Of a stretch of DNA of 64,000 bases, positions 34,885 to 47,500 are shown piece after piece. The stretch is from Podarcis filfolensis. Taxonomy: Eukaryota. The notes under the pieces were generated by a model. It was not told where the DNA came from. It searched no databases and saw only the letters and a program-made list of their open reading frames with translations. The stretch's first letter is position 1; each line of letters begins with the position of its first letter. The stretch lies in assembly GCA_964270895.1 (NCBI GenBank), contig OZ185436.1; one strand, given 5' to 3'. Position numbers and translations under genes: made by a program.

Positions 34885-37326
34885 CTGGAAAAATAAATGT
34901 GTAATTGAGCATTAAAAATTGCATGCCTAAGATAACCTAAAGCAGAATGCCAGCTGCCACATGATGTGATTTTCAGATTCCGTTACAGAACAGTCACAAT
35001 TTGCAAACTGATAAGCAAGGAGCAGTATAAACCTGTCATCCATTTCCTGGATTTGGTGAAATCATCACCAGGCATTTAACTGACTGCCATACAAACCATC
35101 ATGAGTTCACCACCTGTAGCTGTGATGACTACATTGCCTTCCTGGGGCTGCTCAGGTAGTTCCGCCTATGCTGTAGATAGATAGATAAACTTTATTCGCA
35201 TTAGCCAACAGCCATAGCAACATAAAACAAGCAATATATACAATTAAAAAGACAAAAATGGTTAAAAAGGGCTATCAAATGACCAAGATTATCATTCAGT
35301 TGCCTGCGTTTACAATTGGCTAACGCCAACATGTGCTCTTAACTGAAGAAGAAAGCACTAAAACCTGTTTGGGTCTTTTGGAATGAGGCTGATAGACCTG
35401 AAGAGCTGCAATGCTTTATAGCTCCCACTGAACAAAACTCTGCTCCATAAAACAATAATGCACAAAACAGCAGCTTAGTTCCACTATTAATAAAAGATAT
35501 AAATGCTTAGATCAGGCATAAGCAAACTCTGCCCTCCAGATGTTTTGGGACTACAACTCCCATCATCCCTGACCACTGGTCCTGTTAGCTAGGGATGATG
35601 GGAGCTGTAGTCCCAAAACATCTGGAGGGCAGAGTTTGCCTATGCCTGGCTTAGATGATGGCAAACTTTTTCCCTGTCTTGTAATAGCAGCAGACTATAC
35701 AGAAATTCAGCAAGTGCACCCTTGCCCATCATTTTATCTTAAAAGATTCACCTGCCTAATTTCTACCATTCAGGGGGCAGGCAGGCAGTCATTTCCTCCA
35801 AGGAGCTTAAATATGGCTTCCCCCTCCTTCCATTTTATCCTCACAACCACCCTATGAGGCAAGTTAGGCTGAGAGATGGTGCCTGACCAAAGATTCATGA
35901 CTGCATGGGGATTTGGACTCTGAAGTGGGGCCTGTAAAGGTGTCGTCATCCCAGGCAAACACCACCAGCTTGTGCTTCACTTTATTTAGTTCTTACTGTT
36001 TTGTATTTCTTCTTAACACTTACGCTCAGAGCAAAGTCACCATGTAAGCAAATGAAACATCATTCAGACTCTGGCATACAGAACTAGATTGGCTTCTGTC
36101 ACCGTGACTCACGGAATAATGCTTTGCTGGGGGCTTATGCAGAATGAAATAGGAAGGCTGCTAAGTGGTAACAGATAGAAAGGCAGGCATAGGGCAACTA
36201 GAGCAAGCGGAAGGCACAATTTAGCTCCCGCGCCTCAAAAATGCATTTCTGAACAAAGCTTAAAAGGGAGGGTGACCATGTGGCCTACTTTCCAGAGGAC
36301 AGTCCTCTACTGAAGAACAGTCTGCTCCAAAAGAGACAGACGTCAATGGAGTTGTCAGTCAACAACTGATACCTGGTCACAGTCTTCCCATTTGACCTAT
36401 ACTAATTATTGTCAAATTTGCAAACGTATAAATTGCCTTATGCTAAATACTGCGCCGATTTCTGGCCTCTTTTGAGGAGATACATTTCCTCGGGTTTTTT
36501 GCCAATGTGTAAGTGGGCCACCATATTTAAAACTGTTCAGGAGCTGGCATGTGTGCATAAGGAAAGACAGACAGCTGTCAGGGACACATCCTGTTAGTGC
36601 CCTATGCCTTCCCAAATCTGCTAGAGATCAGGGGAAGTCCTACAACAAATTTAAGCGTGTCATGGCGGGGGAGATTACATATGGACAACAGACAGCGCTA
36701 CACTGCATTCCACCCTAATAATTTTCCCTCACAAAGACAATTAAAGCGGGGGAGGCAGAAGCAACTTGAAATATTTCGTCGTCACTGGTGAAGCATTCTC
36801 TTAAGCCTACTGCATGCCTCTCATGCTCTGGGATCCATGCAACAGCCATTACTGGTTCATTACTCTTACCTAAGCGCCAGCCATATTCCCATGACGACAG
36901 CACTGGGTAGCAGAATTTCTCCTCAGGGCTCTTCATCTTCCTCTGCTTGAGGTAGTGGTTCCTCCCTTTGCCTTCATGGGAAAAGCCCTGGTATAGCAAC
37001 TGAGTTGTCTGTGGCGTGGGAACCCTCATCTCAGGAAGAGGCTCCTGAAGGCTTGGGCCTTCCTCCTCCTGCTTCTTCTCCTTCCCTGACAGCTGCCGCC
37101 TGTCCTCTTTTTGCACAGTTACTTCTTGACACCGGAGGGAGCTTGCACTCTTCTCAGGAGGGCAGATGGCAGGCAAGAAACACTTCCTCTTGGCGACCCC
37201 ATAGTCAGTCACCCGCCTGGGGTATTTGTGCCCGTATTTTGCCTTCCAGCTGACCCTGCAGGAGGCCTCCTTGTTAATAAGCTCCCTCCAGCCATCTTGC
37301 TCCCGTGTGGTCAGCAGACCCCTCAT
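34766..37326 (-). CDS. SPMIP1-like: SPMIP1 / ATP6V1FNB-family sperm microtubule inner protein-like gene, join(complement 36870-37326, 34766-34884), 191 aa
   Basis: ATG in a good Kozak context (ggggccATGA) at 37326. The N-terminal W-x-E-x4-E...W-x2-KYG pattern and the EMR-P...LLYQGFSHEGKGR..YL..R....PEEKF.YP..SSWEYGW block are typical of the SPMIP1 family. A GT-AG intron (TTAG|gtaaga ... tttttccag|GA) joins in frame to DVVKDMRTPIHGKSRIVKDTFYFKNGIFYHPSKTDKLS*. Family recognised from memory; orthology is not established. Confidence 0.85.
35513..35648. mobile_element. 136-bp palindromic hAT-type MITE (in the SPMIP1-like intron)
   Basis: TIR CAGGCATA.GCAAACTCTG, perfect 8-bp TSD GCTTAGAT. Confidence 0.92.
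36870..37326 (-). CDS. SPMIP1-like: SPMIP1-like coding exon 1 (457 nt)
   Basis: Part of the ORF at 36715-37377, with a phase-1 donor immediately after SSWEYGWRL-G. Confidence 0.85.
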
Positions 37327-37396
37327 GGCCCCAGAGAGATGGCAGAGTCTGTGTGGTGACCACCGTGTGCTCGGCAAATGTTACTTCCTGCCTCTG

Positions 37397-37410
37397 GTGT
37401 CCAAGGAAAC
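37397..37410. promoter_or_regulatory. X-box (RFX-site)-like element upstream of the SPMIP1-like ATG
   Basis: GTGTCCAAGGAAAC (GTTTCCTTGGACAC on -), one mismatch to RYHNYYWWRRNRAC, about 70 nt 5-prime of the start codon. Confidence 0.4.
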
Positions 37411-37464
37411 ATACACAGAAGGGCCAGTGAAGCTATTCTCAAATTACAGCCTCTGAACAGGGCC

Positions 37465-37474
37465 TGTGTGTGTG

Positions 37475-37502
<28 letters not shown>
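37465..37502. repeat. Compound (GT)n(CT)n microsatellite
   Basis: Read directly; about 140 nt upstream of the SPMIP1-like ATG. Confidence 0.9.
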
Positions 37503-37505
<3 letters not shown>

Positions 37506-39239
37506 ACACACCCCTCCTGCAACTAGGTGACTACAAGGCATAAAGCTGCGTTGGAAGGGTTTGTTTTTGGTGAAATGTTGAAAACCTTAGGTGGGCTTCT
37601 TTGCAGCTACAATTGCCCGACAGGTGGAATTAGTTACCTTACAACCTAGTTGGGGCTTTGTAACTGAAGATCGTAAATCAAACTGAAAGTAAAGAACCTT
37701 GCCCTCCTCACCCTTCCCACTTGTGCTGACTACAGAGAATATTTACACCTGAGAAACACACAAGTGTGCACACACACAAATAGTGATTTAACAAAAACAC
37801 TTGGTTGGAAAAAACAAAAAAAAAATTTCCTTCCAGTAGCACCTTAAAGACCAACTAAGTTAGTTCTTGGTATAAGCTTTCGTGTGCATGCACACTTCTT
37901 CAGATACACACTTGGTTGGAACTTCTGTAACTTGGTTGGAAGTTAGCAGTCCATCTTGAATGCAAGTTGTGCAACAAGCAAGCAGGGGATTTGCCAATCT
38001 TCATTTCCCCGATTTTAAGTTGCATTGGACTCAACCCAAAGAAAATCAAAGCCAAACTCAGCGGAAGCCACAAAAAGTTAGATTGGCTACCATTCCATGT
38101 GGTGCCTGTGATTTCTCTCTCTGAAACCACAAAACTGGCTGTGTGCCCTTGCTCAAAACCCACCCTGGGGTTTGGGTGCGTAATACAGCCCCAAAGCAGG
38201 CAAGTTTTGACTGGCTCTCTGTGTGTTACACAAAGAATTCAAACACCTTCTTAAAAGCCCCCTGCCTCACAATGCAGTAGTCATAGTGATAGCTGAAAGG
38301 TAGCACAGTAGGGGGATAAATCTTTTTCACAGAAATGTATATAGCATACAGCTACAGAGAGGAAATTAAAATGCATGCAAAGGTACTCTCTCTATCTTTC
38401 TTGTCCCGTGGTCTTAATTTGAGCAGTTGCCCTTTAAAAGCAAAGCATCTTAAAATAACAGAATCAAAAGCATTTGTAGCTGAGAGATGGGTAAGGCAGC
38501 TGTATAGAGATGAACTCCATGCCAGCCATTTGGTTTCATCCTCTAATGCTTTCATCGCAATGCAAGAACTACCACACCCATAAAGAAATGGGAAAGTTTC
38601 AGACCTCTGGAGTTAAGCCATAAATTATAAGATTCAAATGCCAGGCCTCCACCCAAGTTTCAAAGAGTACATAGTGAGTAAACTAATATAAAGAGGAGAG
38701 AGAATATTCTGATGAAATTCATAACACTGAACTTTGAAACTGGTGTGTGTGCCTAGGAGTGGCATGGAAAACAGTGAAAGCTTTTGTATGTAGCTCTAGC
38801 TATTAACTGCCCACAGATGTGAGAATCTGACATCTATTAGAAAACATGGCACAGCCCTTTTAAGCTAGGGCCACAGTGGAAGAATATTAGCACCGAAAAA
38901 AGAACATTGCAAACAAAACAAAAACAGCAATCATTACTTCTGGTTCGATGGTAGCATTAGTTACAAAGACTGATAAATTCCACATACACTGTCCATCACC
39001 CATAGCTCAGAAGAAGGGTGCATTCTATGCAAGCAGAAATCTTGGGTTCCATTCCTGGCATTTCTGGAGCAGGTTGGAAAAACTCCTGACTAAAATGCTG
39101 ATGAGCTGCTTCCATGTCAACACAGCTCAGGCTTTTTCAACCTGCTGCCCTCCCAATGTTTTGTATTACCAGCTCCCACCATCCCAAACATTAGCCATGA
39201 TAACGGGTGAATATGAGTTGGTAGTCCAAAAAAACAGGA

Positions 39240-39400
39240 AGGCACTGGGTATGGGGAAAGCTGGCTATGGTCAACTGACAGTAGCTCTGAAAAAAGAAGC
39301 ATTTTACATAATTTGCTACCTGGTCTTTATCTGGAGAAGCCAGGACTTGAATCCTCTGAATGCAAAGTGTATACTCTACCACTGAACTACACCCCCTCCC
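39240..39400 (-). mobile_element. Decayed tRNA-derived (Squam3-like) SINE
   Basis: Reverse complement head ggtgtagttcagtggtagagtatacactttgcattcagaggattcaagtcc. Confidence 0.5.
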
Positions 39401-39989
39401 CAAAATTCAGATCTCCAGAGTGCCTTTCAATGGCATGGCAAGAACCAAATGATTTTAGGGATTAGGGGTAGACTTTGGCAGAGCCACGCAAACAAGTAGG
39501 AGGCTTAAGAGCTAAATACTTGACCAAGGGCTAGCTTGTTTTCACAGCACAAGACCTAGAATATTTAGTGTAAAAATCTGTGGAAAAGACAGAGCATACC
39601 TAACTCAGCCACAGAGACAGTCTTAAGAGCTAGGGAGCCTGTGTGTTTAAAATCATGCATGATGAACTAAAGACCACAACTGCTTTTACCATTGCCAATT
39701 ATGATCCATGTTCAAGATCTCCGTACTACTGTTAGGCACTTTGTTGCCTTATGCTATTTCGAAGTTTCAGTTCCCATTTCAAACAAAAACCACCAGCAGG
39801 AATGACATTTGATGCAGGTACAATACAAGTTAGTCCATTTAGACAGACATGAGTCGTGGCAAAACCAAAAAAATACTTAGAAGCCCACCTGAGTTTGTTT
39901 TTAACATGCACATTTTATTTCATGAAGCCAACATTCATGGTTTTTAATAAGTTATGGGATACAATATTACAATCTTGCAATTATTCCAG

Positions 39990-39995
39990 TTTATT
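39990..39995 (-). terminator. Candidate FLNB polyadenylation signal (AATAAA on -); a second one lies at 39914-39919
   Basis: TTTATT on + about 1.37 kb beyond the stop codon, at the end of an AT-rich 3-prime-UTR-like tract. Confidence 0.45.
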
Positions 39996-41366
39996 CTGCT
40001 TTTCCTTATAGTTTACAATGTAGTGAGCATTTCACATTAAGGCACACAGAACAGTAAAAAAAGAAAAGAAAAAAGGATGTCTTGTTACTCTAGCTCCTCC
40101 TCCAAGAAGCTGTGCTCAGACCTAGTGCACTGATATACTATTACAAAAATAAAGCTGACCAAGTAGAAATCTTTCTCTAAACAGAGGGAACAAATTTCCA
40201 TCAAGTCTCTTCTTCCATTAGGCACATTTAAAGCTCTTTGAGAAAGAGAAAATCTGCTAAAAGCCACAGGAGTTTTGTAGTAACCATTAGTTGCATACCT
40301 GGAATGTCTTTTGAAATCTGGAACGGCCATGTGCTCATTCCCTTATCCCAAAACAATGAAGGGGATAAACACTTTGTGCATGAACAGGCTCAATAAACTC
40401 GCACCATTAGCAGAAACATTCAGAGGTACACTTAATATTGTCTGGCTGACTAGGCTAGTTTTCACATCATCATGATCAGGGACACGATGAGCAAGTCAGA
40501 AGCTAGTTTTTGTTACTCAGCTAAGAGCCTCGTGTGCTGGAGATAAACGTCTTTCTAGCATAGCCAAGGTGTGAGCTGCACAAGCATGAATTTTACACCA
40601 AGTGCAGAAACAAGCAGGCAACTCTTTGGAGAAACTGAGTTCCTGCAATGTTGCACCTACTGTGTGTCAGCAAAACGCACCTGTGGCAGAATATCAGCTA
40701 ATTTGGCATCCCGTCAATCACAACAATCATGGTTAAAGTAAGCTAGCATCGTAAGTGTACACAGCAAAAGAGGTAAAGACTTCCAGGAACAGTTTGATAC
40801 CCCTTGCAGTTTTCATTTTCTGCTAATGTAAACAGCCAAGCTTTCCGTTATGGTGTTTTAGTGTTTAGCTGTAACGCTTGAGAGTTTTCAATGTTACGTT
40901 TTTTTAAAAAAAAAATCAAGTATACAAAAGGCACAGTAAGTACCAGTTTTACCTTATTTTCGTTACAGAAGAACTTTAACTGGCAATAGCCAAAGTGATT
41001 TTCTACAGCTAAATTTTAAAAGTTTCCAGTCTAAAAAATGTCCATCAAAAGTCAGTAGTTTAAGCTACCCAATTATCAAACACAAATTCCAGTTTAACAT
41101 GTAAATTCTAAAATCCACAAAAAGGATAGTGACCTTGTTACATGATTGCGTATCGATCCGAAAGGTACATTGGTTTACATTTGTATAGGAGGGATGCTTA
41201 AGACAAATAGAACACTTTTAAAAAGTTGCAGAATTTAAGTTGGGGTGTATTAAAAAATGTGTCCTGTATACATGAAGGTATACTCTATTTCTCACAGGAA
41301 TGCTCACAGTATTGAATTGTTCAGATTTCACTTGAACAGAGCTGAATGTTTTGAAACAATACGAAC

Positions 41367-41554
41367 TTAGGGAACTGTAACGTGGAAGGGGCTTCCAGGA
41401 ATGTGTTCTTCACCCCACTTCACGGCTAGAATATAGTCACCCTTCTCCTTGACGACGTACTTTACATCGTACTGTTGGTTCCCAAGGTGTTTCACAGATA
41501 CTTCTTCACAAGGAGTTGTAGGTCCATGGACACCAACTAACAACATATTTGAAC
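41367..41554 (-). CDS. FLNB: FLNB last coding exon, dimerisation repeat 24 ([19 protein letters not shown]...FHVTVP*)
   Basis: ctgccttag|, TAA at 41369-41367. Confidence 0.97.
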
Positions 41555-44500
41555 CTAAGGCAGAATGAAGAGCGTTACTACCACACCCCAAATTCAAACA
41601 GCTCCAATCCAGCTTTACTAAATATTTTGACTAATCAGACTCAAAGTTAAGAGCCTTGCTAGATCAGGCCAAAGGCTCACTTAACCCAGCGCCCTGTTTT
41701 TCACCAAACAGGTGCCTATGGGAAGTTGGGATGCAGAATCTGAATTCACAGCACTTTCCCCATTTGAGAGTCCCGTATTTGGGTCCAGAGACATACTGCC
41801 TCCCACAGTGGAACACAGCCATTACGGTCAGTAGTCTTTAATAGTATGCTACTCATGGAGGATAATGCTATTTGCAGGGCAAGGTATTTCTGCAGAGAAA
41901 AAGCACTGGGCAAAATTCATCAAGTAAACCTTGCTGACTCCTGTGCAAGACAAAGAATTCTAGTTCTTTTCTTAGCAGTTCATCTTTCGATCAGGCTTTC
42001 CCAAACTTGTGTCTCCAGCTGTTTTTGGACTACAAATCCCATCATCCCTGACCTGCTAGCTAGGGAAGATGGGAGTTGTAGTCCAAAAACAGACGGGAGA
42101 CCCAAGTTTGGGAAAGCCTGCTTTAGATGCTCTTAAATGCTTTGTAAAGCGGTGGGAGATCCAACATTCCACTGCCAATGGCAATTGAATACTTTTCTCT
42201 GGGGCGAAAGAGGCACTAAAGATTTAGTGGACACTTACAAGGTGGAGAAGCTCAGGTCTTTGGTCACTGGACCAGTAACAGAAACCCACATTTATTTATT
42301 TTTTAAAAAAGGAAGTTACCAGCTTTGCTGCAGTCGACAGAAAATGTGTTTTTCTGGCCCACGAAAGCTCTAGAGAGCCCTGCTCCCGTGGAGATCACTC
42401 TGCTTGCATCAGATGAAGATCTGGGAATGGCACTATAGCAGGTATCCGTTGTTGACCTGGTCACAGATTCCACCATGATGGAGGATGTTTCATTGGACAC
42501 ACCTGGGCTAACCAGCCGCTGGCCTACAGAGCAAGAAACCAGAGGACAGTTTAAACAGTGTGGCAGTACCCCTGCTGCTAAGTGCAAGAGCAAAATGGCT
42601 ACCGTCAACTAGATGCCAGTCAAGTCAAAGACACTGTGCCACCTTGGGAAAGTCCATCTCTCTGCACCCACCCTCCCGCTGAGAACACAACCAGGTAGGT
42701 AATACTGGCTCACGAGTCTTACCTGTCACTTTTGCTTTGAAAGGGCTGCCGGCTATGTGATTGGGCCCTCCGTATTTAATTCCAATTAAGTAGTTCCCTG
42801 GGGCCATAGGTGTGTACATTACATGGTAGCCCTCCAGAGCTTCTTGACAATCCATTTTCACCTTTGACGGCCCCTCTATTGTAACAGCAAGGGTTCCAGG
42901 GCCTGCTTTGGTGGTGTCTATAGTAAATGCCGATTGTAAGCCTGGAAAGCAAAGGAGAAATAGGAAGCATGGGTTCCAAGACTAACCGTTTGTCACGTCA
43001 CACTTTCATGCAGCAATCTTGTTTGCCAAGTATATGTCATGGATACAGCCTCCCACCCCGCAACAATCTGCCATTGCAAATTGTGTATTTTTTTAATAAT
43101 TTTAAAAAAAAACCCAGACCACTTTCTCAAGAAATACCCAAAGTGAGTCACGACCATGAATCAATCAAAAAAGCAAATACTCCAAAAGATTTAGAAAAAA
43201 ACTTGTCCCACCTCCTAATAAAAGCGGCCCTTTCTTTGATGTCTTGCGATCACAAATTTCACACTTTCCCATGCTGTTGCACAGGCAAGTGCAGGCACCC
43301 CCTACCTGCGGCCCTCCAGATGTTTTGGCCTACAACTCCCATGAACCCTAGCTAACAGGACCAGTGGTCAGGGATGATGGGAATTGTAGTCCAAAACATC
43401 TGGAGGGCCGAAGGTTGGGGGTGCCTGGGCAAGTGTGTGAGGACAAGCAAAAAGCAAAACAAAACCTAGAACGATTGATGAATGCTTCTTCTAAGGTGGA
43501 ATCTACACACATATAAAAATGTTCTGAAAATGCTTTCCTTTAAAGCGTTTTTAAAAATACATTGAATTTTCCATAAGGCTCCCCATTGCCATCTAGTGTC
43601 ACATTGTACAACGTTTTATTTGCAGCTGTATAGCTGAGTCCTAAGTGCAGCCAGACCATCAGTAAGTAATGTTTGGCTGTGTGGAACCCATTACAGCTTG
43701 ATCAATAGCAAGGACCCAGCCCAAAATGTTAAGCATCAGCGCTGGCAAATGGGTATGTTGCCGGTAATACTGACAACTCATCTGTCGAATTTCAGTTAAT
43801 TTCTCCCTCTAAGGGCCTCGGGAGATATAAACAAGCACTACTCCCATGTGACCCACTGAAAACTACACAGGCCAGAGATGGAGAGCCTGTGCCCCCCCCC
43901 CCCCGCAAACTGATGTTGTGGAACTCCCAACAACCCCAGCCAACATGACTAATGGACAGGAATGATGCAACTGTGTGATAAACTGCTAAACTGAATTGTT
44001 CAAATCAATTCAGCATCCATTTCTGCATTTTCTTGCATATTAGCTTTCCCCTGTTTTAACTGAAATGAACCGAGACCACCACCCATTTCAAAACATATTG
44101 GCTGAGCCTATTAAAGGTATAGCCCAATTGTACACACCAGACAGAAGAGTGTTAGCTAGTGAGACAAAGGCAATCTCTGGGTCAAGACCATCCTATTTTT
44201 CAGAATTCTAACGCAGAAAGAGGAAACCACTCACCTGTTACGCCACTCTCAAGGCCTGGCCCATAGGCGGTGACAAGAGCTGGGCTATCTGCTTGACCTG
44301 GTTCCCCGACTCTAACTTTAAAAGGACTGCCTACCACATGGCTACCGTTGAACTTCACATCAATAGAATGAATGCCGTTTTCACGCGGGATGAACCGAAC
44401 AGCGTATTTATCTGCAATACATATACAGGCAAATCATCATAAATTTAGGTTGAGAACTTGATGTTAAAAAGCAGAGCACACAGCATCTAAAACTATTTCT

Positions 44501-47500
44501 ATGACTGCCATGTCTGGGCCGTGGGAAGGTGGCACATGGAACATGCCTGAGGAGAAGCAAAGCCTCTGAAATGCAATCCTCATGTGGAGAACATGCATAG
44601 GAGTTGGAGCTGTCACCTTAAAATCCATTCTTATTGCTTTAACCACCAGCGTGCTGCAAAATGGTTATCCACTTGCACTGGTAGAAAACTGCATTTCTTT
44701 ATTATACAGCAAATATTATAATTATAGCACAATTGAGTATAGCTTGTTCCTTTTAATCAGTGACTAGTCTGAAAACTGTCTAGGAAACATAGAATACTAG
44801 AATGGTAAATCTGCATGGTTAAAAGTAGCTAGAAATGGCTGTCAAAATGTAAGGCCAATTTAAACAAATTGGCACCAGCATCAGATGAGACCCTGTTGGA
44901 ATCTACCTACAGGTATACCATGTATTTTCAAAAGTGAAGGATGAGGGGAGAAAGAGTTAACGAAAATGTATAGGGCAGGATGGAAAGACAGGAGCCATTT
45001 CAGGTAGCTAGAGTTGAAATATCTACAGCAGGCTTTCTCAACCTCGGCCCTCCAGATGTTTTGGCCTACAACTCCCATGATCCCTAGCTAACAGGACCAG
45101 TGGTCAGGGATGATGGGAATTGTAGTCTCAAAACATCTGGAGGGCTGAGGTTGAGGAAGGTCTACAAGTAGGATTATAACTTTTCCTTGGTCCACTATTT
45201 AGCTAAAAGTTGTGAAGCAATCTCCCTACTGTGCAGAAAGATGCACATGCAGCCATTCAACTGAGCTATTAGCACATGCAACCTCATGCACACCTCTGTT
45301 CACAGGAGGACTTCCTCTCTGCACAAACAAACAACAACTGGGGTTGTGGTAAAGTGCACGTGCCAATTAGCCTTAAAATGGGTTATGCAGAAGTATTTTG
45401 TTCAGTACTTCCTTTTTTCCTTTTACCACCAAGGAAGTAGTACTAAACTCCTTTGTGGAACACAGTCCTTTGTACAATAAGCATCCAATCACTGTTGAAC
45501 ATGTTTCTATACTGGCATGAACTGAAACGGCCACCTCCTGTTTAATTATTACAACCATTTTGACTGTTCACATATTTAAAGCAGTTTTGAGTACCAAGTT
45601 TACGACACATCCTTACCTTGCTCCAATTCAGAAACATGGCATTCTTCTACGGCTCCAATTGGGCTATGCACTTTAGCGTCAATCTTGCCCTTTGCCCCGT
45701 TAAGCCTTATAGCGAAGGATGCTGGCTGGTTAACCTTCAACCCAGACTCCTAACAACGCAATAGTAAGATCCTCACATACATATTGACATTTGACTTGCA
45801 AGGAATATATAACAGTCCAGTCCTTTACTGCCTCCAAAATATAGCAGCAGCTTTGCATATTTTGTCTAACACAGAACCAATATTTGACACATGGTAGCCC
45901 TGTTATTGCATCACAGAAGTTATGGTCGTGGAAAAACGTTATCAGTCTCACTATTTACAAAAATGTGTCTGACACAAGCACCCTTAACCCTGCTATATGT
46001 TATGCTTTTCTCAATTGAGTATTCTCATGTCTTAAAACTAGGAATATTTTTTATTTTTAACTTCCTAGTTCTGAGGGTTCTACAAATAACAACACTTTGG
46101 AGGTTCCGAGCCGCAAGGTGGTTAGATTGGTCTCAACTAGGGCCAGGGCCTTTTCAGTACTGGCCCCGACTTGGAACACTCTGTCACAAGAGACTAGGGC
46201 CCTGCGGAACTTGACATCTTTCTGCAGGGCCTGCAAGACAGAGCTGTTCTGCCTGGCCTTTGGTTTGGACTCAGTCTGACCCTCCCTTTTGGTTTTGATT
46301 TATGGGCTACTACTAAAATGAGGCTGCATTTTAAATGGTATTTTAACCCGTATTTTAATTAACTGTTGTTTTCTCCCCCATTACGTTTTATTGCTAGCCG
46401 CCCTGAGCCTGGTTCTGTCCGGGGAGGGTCGGGTATAAATAAATTATTATTATTATTGACTAATTATATTCCTGAACAGCAGTACAATACATTCCCAAAG
46501 TGTGGGCTTGGTTAAGTTTGTCTACCCACACACTTTTTCTGATCTGACTATAAATGCGCAAGGTCATCATTTTGCTACAAATGTAGGGTGCCAGCCCAAA
46601 AAATCATCAAATGCATCAGCTTTAAAACAAAATGCTTGTGCTGCCCAAATCTTTATGGTTGTCTGGGCTGCATTTGCTTTGCTATACTCCCAAAATCACT
46701 TGAAATCTCTTTTCCTAATTGTGTGGCTAACTCATTAACATGCTGCCAAAAACAAATTTAAATATTGCATCTAGAATTAAGCCTGGAGCTTTCTGATTAA
46801 GCAAAGCATGATTCACCCTATGCCAGCCAATACAACATTTGGAGATTTCTGTTAACACGCCAGCAAAGGTGGAACCAAAAGCATATATCAGTGCACACCT
46901 GCTCCCCAGTAGCAGTCACCACACATACAAAAAACCAGAGTCTCCTGGTGTTATGCATGTGTGATTCCCGCCCCCAGCCTCTGGAAAATTGAAGTTCCAT
47001 CAGAGAGAGGGTTGCTGGAATGCTGCGCTTTTGCTTTCAGTGCAGAGCTTACCTTAATTTCCACTTAACAGTTTTATCCTCAAGAGAGAAATAAACTGAA
47101 ACAGGCAGCTAAAATACACCAAGGAAGTTTTTTATGGAGTGCCAAAAGACAACTTTTGTAAAAAGATTACTCCTCCCCCCCCCCAAAAAAATATCAGTTT
47201 TATTTCCCTCTTCAGGGTTTAAGTCAGCTGACACCACACATTCTGTCAAGAGTCTTTAAATGAAACACAAGAAAAACATCAGTACCAGCAGCTAATTATC
47301 GTCCTTGTAACTCCTTGTTTTAAGTTCAGCTCTGGCTAGAAAGTTACACCAAATGTCAGTCTATAAAACCATAGTTCTGAAAAGCAGTGCAATTTAACTA
47401 ATACTGCTGGCCTCAAGCTGCAGCAAATCTACACATGATGGGCTGGATGACACTCAATCTGAAACTTCCAGGCTTCTTATTTTAGATTAAAGACAGTCAC

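Noticed and set aside
36715-37377. 220-aa single-exon reading of the SPMIP1-like ORF
   Set aside because: It starts at TTG, not ATG, and runs through a strong donor at 36869. The spliced 191-aa form restores the family C-terminus.
38948-39385. 145-aa ORF between the SPMIP1-like gene and FLNB
   Set aside because: No recognisable homology, and its 3-prime third is an antisense SINE.
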